Part shown: positions 56,050 through 64,000 of the stretch, one piece after another
Layout of the letters: each line of letters opens with the position of its first letter
Numbering within the stretch: the first letter of the stretch is position 1
NCBI RefSeq assembly: GCF_006345805.1
Contig: NC_043005.1
Span: 67,332,001 to 67,396,000 of the forward strand
Source of the DNA: Octopus sinensis
Lineage: Eukaryota
Length of the DNA stretch: 64,000 bases
Direction: 5' to 3'
Position numbers and translations under genes: made by a program
Notes under the pieces: generated by a model
Database searches by the model: none
The model's input: only the letters and a program-made list of their open reading frames with translations
Told to the model about the DNA's origin: nothing

Positions 56050-56860
56050 ATAACATAGAAAAAACATTATACATTAATCTCTACTTTTGTAAGCAGTTGT
56101 ATTTAGTATGTCTGTATTTTTGTATGCAGCAAAAATTAACCAATTAGAAGCAAATTAACCAAATAGGAGCACATGTATTAACTGATACTTTAACGGTAAG
56201 TGCCACTTTAATTATTATAAAGAAATGTCTTAATACACATATATTAAATACATGTATTAAATGTTAATTTAAGGATAAATATGTAAATGTAAATACCTTG
56301 AAAACTTACGACAATTATTAACTGGTAATTGAACGGTAATTATGTATTTTTATATACCTTGCACCTGCTATCTCACTGATTTTTATCAAGACTTTCACCT
56401 CCGGGCGTTCGTTATGTCAGTCAACACATAAACTGACACACCATTACGCTGTGGTGGCTGTAAAGACGGAACGTTGATGAGGCGTAATGTTGTTCACATT
56501 GGGATGTCAATTATTTATTTCAAGTATAATAGAAATAAGATGATCTTAGTCTTGTCACATTAGAATTAAAAGTGAAAGAATGAAAGTGAAAAGATACTAT
56601 AGCCTTATCGCATTAGAAAAGTGGAAGAATATATAAGTGAAACTATTATATCACAATTACATATTTACCCTTAAATTAACATTTAATACGTGTTTGATAT
56701 ATATGTATTAAGAAATTTATTTATAATAAATATTGTAGCATTTACCCTTAAATACATGTGCTTCTGTTTGGTTAATTTCTTCAGCATAAAAATATACAGA
56801 CATACTTCATACATACAACTGCTTACAAATATAGAGATTAATATATATTTTTCTATGTTC
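56050..56860. repeat. Degenerate ~220-bp inverted repeat (about 56050-56290 / 56652-56860)
   Basis: Blocks such as ttgtaagcagttgtat/atacaactgcttacaa and taaatgttaatttaagg/ccttaaattaacattta occur in mirrored order. Confidence 0.75.
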
Positions 56861-57280
56861 ATATAGATGTTGTTCTTTCACATGTGACACGTAATATCAT
56901 AATCCCGAATCAGAGCCTATATTATATTGTTTAATCCAAATGAAAAAAATTACATGTTGACACTCACGGGGTCTGATAATATTACCTTGTAAAATTTGAT
57001 TTGATTTGGTCGAGATGTTTTAGAATGCATAGATAACAGACAGACGAAGGATTTTGTTTGGGGAATTTTCCTTGTGTTGTATGTCATGTACTCTATTTTT
57101 TCGTTGTTTAAGAAAAATGTCCATTTCCTTGGTTTTGTGTTTATGTTTTCGTTTCTCATTGTGTTCGACGTTTTTTTTTTTTTTGGTGTCCTGTACCCAT
57201 ATATGCATGTATATATACATATAGATGTAGGTACGTACATATATGTATATACATATGCATATGTTTTATTTATTAATTTG

Positions 57281-57314
<34 letters not shown>

Positions 57315-57324
57315 TCTTTACACT

Positions 57325-57524
57325 TTTACTCTTTTACTTGTTCCAGTCATTTGACTGTGACCATGCTGGAGCACCTCATTTAGTCGAGCAAATCGACTCC
57401 AGGACTTATTCTTTGTAAGCCTAGTACTTATTCAATCGGTCTTTTTTGCCGAACTGCTAGCTTATGGGGACGTAAACACACCAGCATCAATTGTCAAGCG
57501 ATTTTAGGGGGACAAACAAAGACA

Positions 57525-57623
<99 letters not shown>

Positions 57624-57787
57624 GACGGGCTTCTTTCAGTTTCCGTCTATCAAATCCACTCACAAGGCTTTGGTCGGCTAGAGACTATAGTAGAAGTCAC
57701 TTGCCCAATATGTAACCCAGTGGGACTGAACCTGGAACAAAGTGGTTCGTAAGCAAGCTACTTCCCACGCAACCACTCCTACACCTA
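57325..57787 (-). mobile_element. SINE family A
   Basis: Reverse complement of the 30565 family. Confidence 0.88.
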
Positions 57788-58400
57788 GATTACATTAATA
57801 AATGAATATAAAAGTAAATATAGATATAATCCCTATAATTGTTTCGATTCAAATTTTGTTTCGCAAGCAAATGCATGGAACATCGATAAAGTTGTGCAGC
57901 ACCTTAACCAAGCAACCACCGTTGGCCAAAATGTGTTTCTGCTTATATTCTCTAACTCAGAATTGGTGCGGTTTATATTAGTGTCTCTATTTATCGCCCG
58001 TGAAATAGCAGTTTGACAAATACTGGTTGTTTCATATAAGCACCACTCTTATAAGATTCATTATATCCTACAGAATGTACACCTATCATACTGTAATCGC
58101 ATGAATAAATGGTCAGGTGTTAAGGAAAGGAATATAAATATATGTATTCATTAATTTGCAGAATCCATCAGCCGTGTCTTATTGAGTTTCTACGCAAACA
58201 TGCATTTTCATTTGACTGGAATAACATAGGTAAGCAAGATGCCTTTGAACATAGCAGTCAGATGAAGAAGCATGTTATAATAGTTATCCAGAAAAGTACA
58301 GCTGACATGTTTGTGCGCGCCAGTGTGTGTAAACATGTGTGTGTATATGATGTGTTAGACAAACACACACGCAAATATATAATGATTATTATTATTATTA

Positions 58401-58450
<50 letters not shown>

Positions 58451-58454
<4 letters not shown>

Positions 58455-58635
58455 TAGTTTTATTTTTATAGCGTGCTTTCATTTCACTACCGAGCGCAGC
58501 TCTGTGTGCCTTGGGTATGTGCTGTGATTTGTTGTGATGCTCTGATGGTTATTGTATGGAAAGTGTTCTGCGTAGGATGTGTGCAGTGCCTAGTAGTGCA
58601 ATTTTCTGTATGTTATATGTGTTTGTAAGTCCTGG
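58451..58635 (-). mobile_element. Dong/R4-like LINE 3' end in (TTA)n
   Basis: Same family as 5241-5405. Confidence 0.78.
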
Positions 58636-58884
58636 TGTTTTTGTTATGTTTAGTGTTTTTGTTATGTTTATGTTTTTGTTATGTTTATTGTTATTATTTT
58701 TATTATTATTATTATTATTATCATTATTATTATTATTATCATTATTATTTTATTGTCTTTGCACAGCTTCTAACGCTGGAGATGTACTACGGTGTCAACT
58801 GTTCACTACTAGTGAATTAAGGTAGCATCCGTAAAAAATAAACTAAACTAAACTAAAAAAATTCTTCTTCTTATTATTATTATT

Positions 58885-59228
58885 ATTCTATGTTTGAGTT
58901 TTGCTTTATATTTGTACAAGTTGGGTCCAAGTCTCACCCAGAGACCTCAAGAGACAACAGGTTGGAAGTTCATGTTGTTGTTATGCCTAGTGTGCCATAT
59001 ATTTGGGGGGGGGTGTTGTACTAATGAATGTCTTAAAAAAAAAATTATTAAAAAAATTTTTTTTTTCAAAAACCGAAAATTATGTTTGTTTTAAACCTTG
59101 AGATTACATAGAAAGTATCTTGCGTAGGATATGAGCAGTTCCCATGAGCACTATCGTTTGAATTTCTGCCATTTTTGGGTTTCCTCGTATCTGAGTTAGG
59201 CAGCTATCAGCCCCTTTTGCTATCATTA
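58885..59228 (-). mobile_element. Third Dong/R4-like LINE 3' end
   Basis: AEIQTIVLMGTAHILRKILSM* followed by 3' UTR and an (AAT)n tail. Confidence 0.72.
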
Positions 59229-59362
59229 TCTGTGGTATTGAGCAGAATATTTGCTGTGCCCCATCTTTTGTACCAAGACAAAACAATGTACATGATAACA
59301 TTTCCAATCAGTTAAGATCAGAAGCCATTATTATTATCATTATTATTATTATTATTATTATT

Positions 59363-59469
59363 GAGTGAGAGAGCAGTTCATGCCATCAAAGTGACACTGG
59401 GGTAAAATATACGAAGCCCAATATACCCATCATGACTACCCGTCTGATAAAGGTACACCAGGCACATGC
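59363..59469 (-). mobile_element. 5'-truncated copy of the ~510-bp (AAT)n-tailed element
   Basis: Duplicates 59639-59746; lies within (TTA)n. Confidence 0.8.
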
Positions 59470-59577
<108 letters not shown>

Positions 59578-59585
59578 TATTATAA

Positions 59586-59638
<53 letters not shown>

Positions 59639-60168
59639 GAGTGAGAGAGCAGTGCATGCTATCAAATTGACACTAGGGGAAAATATACGAAACCCAGTAT
59701 ACCCATCATGACCACCCGTCTGATAAGTGTACACTAGGCACATGCAGTACCACCATATGTGCGCGACATGAAGATCTCATATCAAGATAAACAGCACATG
59801 ACCTTGCAGGTGGGGCCCAGTTAGAATTTTCTTCTGGTTGAGTAACCTATCCTTGTCAAAAGGTCCCTGAATAAGAGTTGTTGAATGAAACACCCATGTT
59901 TCCGGAGTTGAATTATTCAAACCCCAAAAATCCTTCTCAACACATGGCTATGATTCTCCCCCACTACTTCTGCTCGTGATCAGAGATGCACATATCGTCA
60001 GCCACTAAGAGAATGCTCAACTGATTATGGTCAAACAACTGACAAGCAAATCTGTGGTATTGAGCAGAATATTTGCTGTGCCCCATCTTTTGTACCAAGA
60101 CAAAACAATGTACATGATAACACTTCCAATCAGTTAAGATCAGAAGCCATGAGGGCCACTGCCTGGTA
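59639..60168 (-). mobile_element. ~510-bp (AAT)n-tailed non-coding element
   Basis: Homologous to 5813-6322; (TTA)n on both sides. Confidence 0.8.
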
Positions 60169-60962
60169 TATTATTATTATTATCATTATTATTAGCAGGC
60201 CAGGTAGAATGCATAGCGGCATTTCGTTTGTCTTTATGATCTGAATTTGCCCGTATCGACTTTGTCTTTCCCCCTTACGTGGTCGACAAAATACGTACCA
60301 GTTGAACACTGGGGTCAATCTAGCCTTCCTCCGAACTTACAGGCCTTGTGGCAAAATCTGAAACCATTATTATTATGGAGACGAGATACATGTATTTATT
60401 CTATGCATTTATGAATGTGAGTTTGCGCATGTGTATGCATATATATGCGTATACGGGTGTAGTTGTACATACCTATACTTCGCGTTTTGCCAGCTGAGTT
60501 TCCCAACAGTGGAAAAATAGAGGCCAAAATTCGTCATTATCTACATTTTGTACAATAAATAGCATCTGGAAAGAACAAAGACCGACTCTGAAAAAGGAAA
60601 ATTGATATCGTTAACTACATCATTGTCAAGTAAGATAAGATTCTAGTGTTACTGCTTGCCAATGACGATCTTCGTACTAAAACGAGAAAAGATTAAATAA
60701 ATACAAAGGAATTGTAATTAAGCAATCAAATTAATATTACGTGAAACCTAAGAAATGTAGGAGACAAAATTAAAAGTTAAGCAAACCCATTATGTTGCCT
60801 GGAGATCAGATTTAGTAACTATTCTGAAATGGTAGCCACTAATTACTCAATATAACTGACTGGTGAGTGAATTACTATACAAAGGTCATATGTAGACTAA
60901 TAATGATGAATTTACAAATTCTGCTCCCATAAATATTTTTAGCTTTAAGTATAGCATTATGT

Positions 60963-61212
60963 GTGGAGGCGCGTGGCTTAGTGGTTAGGGTGTCAGCATC
61001 ATGATCGTAAGATTATGATTTCGATTCCAGGACCGGGCGACGCGTTGTGTTCTTCAGCAAAACACTTCAGTTCACGTTGCTCCAGTCCACTCAGCTGGAA
61101 AAATGAGTAACGCTGCAAAGGACTGGCGTCCCATCCAGCTGGAGAACACATGTGCCATTGAAACCGCGAAACCGGGCCCATGAGCCTGGCTAGGTTTTAA
61201 AAGGGTGCATTT
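60963..61212 (+). mobile_element. SINE family C
   Basis: ggcgcgtggcttagtggttagg head; core shared with 27874. Confidence 0.82.
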
Positions 61213-61249
61213 ATTTATTATTATATTATTATAGTTTACAAATATTGGT

Positions 61250-61443
61250 ATAAGGCCAACAAATTTGGGAAAATAGTAAGTCGATTATATCAAACTCAAA
61301 GCTCAGCTGGTACATATTTTATTGACTCGAAAGGCTAACAAGTCAAGTCGATCTTGTCGAATTTTGAATTGAGAATGTAAATACAGACGAAATGCTGCTA
61401 AACCTTTTTACCGGTGTGCTAACTATTCTGCTAGCTTACCGCC
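61250..61443 (-). mobile_element. SINE family B, old copy
   Basis: ggcggtaagctagcagaatagttagcacaccgg head on the minus strand. Confidence 0.6.
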
Positions 61444-64000
61444 TTAAATATATTATTATTGGTGCGATGTGTATGTACCATCCTACGAGTTGATACATAT
61501 ACATCACATCAAATTAGGTAATTGTGAAAAGAATATAACTTCTTCATTTATCATTTGAAAATAGTCCCCGTATCTGACTCATCTGAAATATTGAAGCACC
61601 TTTTCAACTCTAAAATGCAAACGGCGCCGAAAAGAATAAGGAAAATAACAACAAGACCGGATTTATTTTGCATTCTTTTTACATAATGTATTCTTTGCAT
61701 CCTTGCCACCGACTAAGCAAATTATGAGAATAAATTCTTGCAATTTTGAAGACATTTCCTCTGTACAGAAAGTGAGCATGGAAAGAATTTTATACATTGT
61801 AGTTTTCTTTAGTACCCGTTTCATAGACCTCTCACGGAGAACATTTTGTGTTTAAACTCAAAATACAAAGTAACCTAAGTTATCTAATCGAGGCACTGTA
61901 TCACATATTATAACACATTGACATCACTAACATTAAAATAGTTACAAATTTTGACACAAAGCAAGCAATTTTAGGGAATAGAATTAACCGATGACATTAA
62001 ACCCAGTATTTGATCGGTGCTTTATGTTACCGACCTCGAAATGTTAACAACTGAAGCTGAGCAAGTGGAATTAGAACACTAAATGTAAAGAGCCGGAAGA
62101 TATGCCCTCAAGTATTTTGTATGATGCCTTCACTAGTTTAATAATAAGAGCCAAAAACTTCGTTAAACAGTTATTATTTAAAGAACATCATGAATGCAAT
62201 TAACAATTTTGTGACAGAAATGCAATATTTTCTGGCTTCCAGACAGTTTCAGAGCAAATTGGATTGCCAATTATAAATATGAAGTATGTTTTCCTTTCAT
62301 CATATAATATTCGTTATAAAATCCAATTTATGACAATGTGTTTTGAAATATGGCTAAATGGCAAATAATTTGTACATTCCCTGTTAACACTTTCGTAACG
62401 AAACCAAAACTCTCCAAATGGTTATTTTATATCCTATTAAAATAGGTTAGTTCAACGAAAATAAATTTGAAATCGCCTTGATGAGATCTCTTTTAATTGC
62501 CAGCATGTAGGAGAAATGGTATATTACTTGGTTTATAGATTTATCGCTCATCATTTCTGTTTATCTATTTCGGTATCTATTTCTGTTCCCAGTAATCTTT
62601 CTCTCACATACACGCACACACACATACACACACACACTTTCTTTCACAAACACACTCTTTCTCTCCCTCAGTCTCTATCTATCTATGTCAGTCTGTCTAT
62701 CTATCTATCTATCTTTCATGTTTCCTTCTTTTTGTTTTTGATTATCTCCTTGCCTACTTCATTGCAAATATTTCTAAATAGAAATCCCCCTTCTTTCATT
62801 TCTACACTGTAAGCGTCATTGAACCAAGTTAAATGCATACTGAGTAATATAATTTATTTCAACAGCATTTTTAGTAGTAATCAGTGGTTGAGCAGTTGGC
62901 AGGCTATCCTGCTATTATGCACACAAGTTCGTATCTAAATATTGTGCTGTTGAGACTGAATCTGTGAAGTCCTAAATAACTGCTTACTGACCGCAATCCA
63001 CACTGCAGTACTTTGTGGTTGAGACTCTAAGTGGATTGCCACTTTCCATCTGTTTGTATTTCTCTTCCTTACAGATTGCGGCTGTTGCAGATTTACGTGT
63101 GTGAAGAATCACGAAACAAACTACTGTGTGAGTTTGCCCCGACAATAAGTATCCTCTTACTCACTAAGATTCTTACCAAGTCTTTCCATGGCCACACAGT
63201 AACTGCATGCCTTGTGGTGATAGTCTTATTTAAGAAGGACCGCTAAGCTAACGTGGGCTCCAAGATAATATGCTCGTTATTGCAATGGATATACCCTGAC
63301 ACTTATTAATCATTATCTTGCTGGCTTATGAATAAGTCCAGACAAAAATCATAGGTAAATACTCTCCGATACAGAAGCAAATTCAGTACTTTCTCATAGT
63401 AAGAATAACTTATTTGCAATGAACCGGATATATACAATAAAATCAGAAATCAGCGGCCATATGTACACAACTATGGGGAATTCTTTTGCATACTGTTAGC
63501 CACTATCAAATGAATAATCGGTCTGCGTGAGTTTAAAACATTTTTGGCAATTATTTTTGATAACCCACATATAATTTCCTTGATAGTTATTAGTCTGCAG
63601 TTTATTTATTTTCTATTCTCGAAAGTAACAGTTTCTAAATTTAGGTTATGTACATACTAGTAGCAGTATAAATATATAATGATTGTTATAGATGTCGTTA
63701 GTATTTATGTTAAGAGACATCACCTCGACCGGAATGACTTACAACCGTTCAATCCCACCAAGACTGTGAAACACTTCTGAACACTTAATCACATTGTTCT
63801 CCAGACACGCAAAAAATACAGATGAGTTACTCCCAGAAATAGATTTTTAAATGCTACTATTTCAAAATGCGAGATATTTCTCTCTTAGTTTTGAGTTGTT
63901 TGAGGGCTACAAGAAAAGAACCAAAGAAAAATAATTGCTGGTGGTTATCACAGGTGAACTTAAACTTGTTAATATTTATTTTAATATTCGTTATCATATT

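Noticed and set aside
63075-63127. Possible 53-bp plus-strand exon (ccttacag...gtgagt)
   Set aside because: Good splice-like signals but too short to support, with no recognisable peptide

Overview
AT-rich, microsatellite-dense eukaryotic DNA. The SINE families point to a coleoid cephalopod, probably Octopus (my recognition, not a search result). It looks intronic or intergenic: nearly all ORFs in the supplied track are microsatellite artefacts, and only one plausible host exon was found (41423-41563, minus). The window is a mosaic of mobile elements: two Penelope-like elements (RT + GIY-YIG), an IR/DR-type Tc1, Tc1/mariner and Helitron relics, R4/Dong-like RLE LINE fragments in simple-repeat tracts, and three tRNA-derived SINE families. 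The main finding is a set of type I hammerhead ribozyme (HHR) motifs with palindromic stem III in several unrelated non-coding repeats. Two of these have non-LTR-retrozyme-like architecture: a 3.5 x ~454-bp array at 13670-15252 and a 1.3 x 460-bp array at 42877-43479. Both sit in (TA)n tracts and begin within a few nucleotides of the predicted self-cleavage site. All folds were derived by eye, and no activity is demonstrated.
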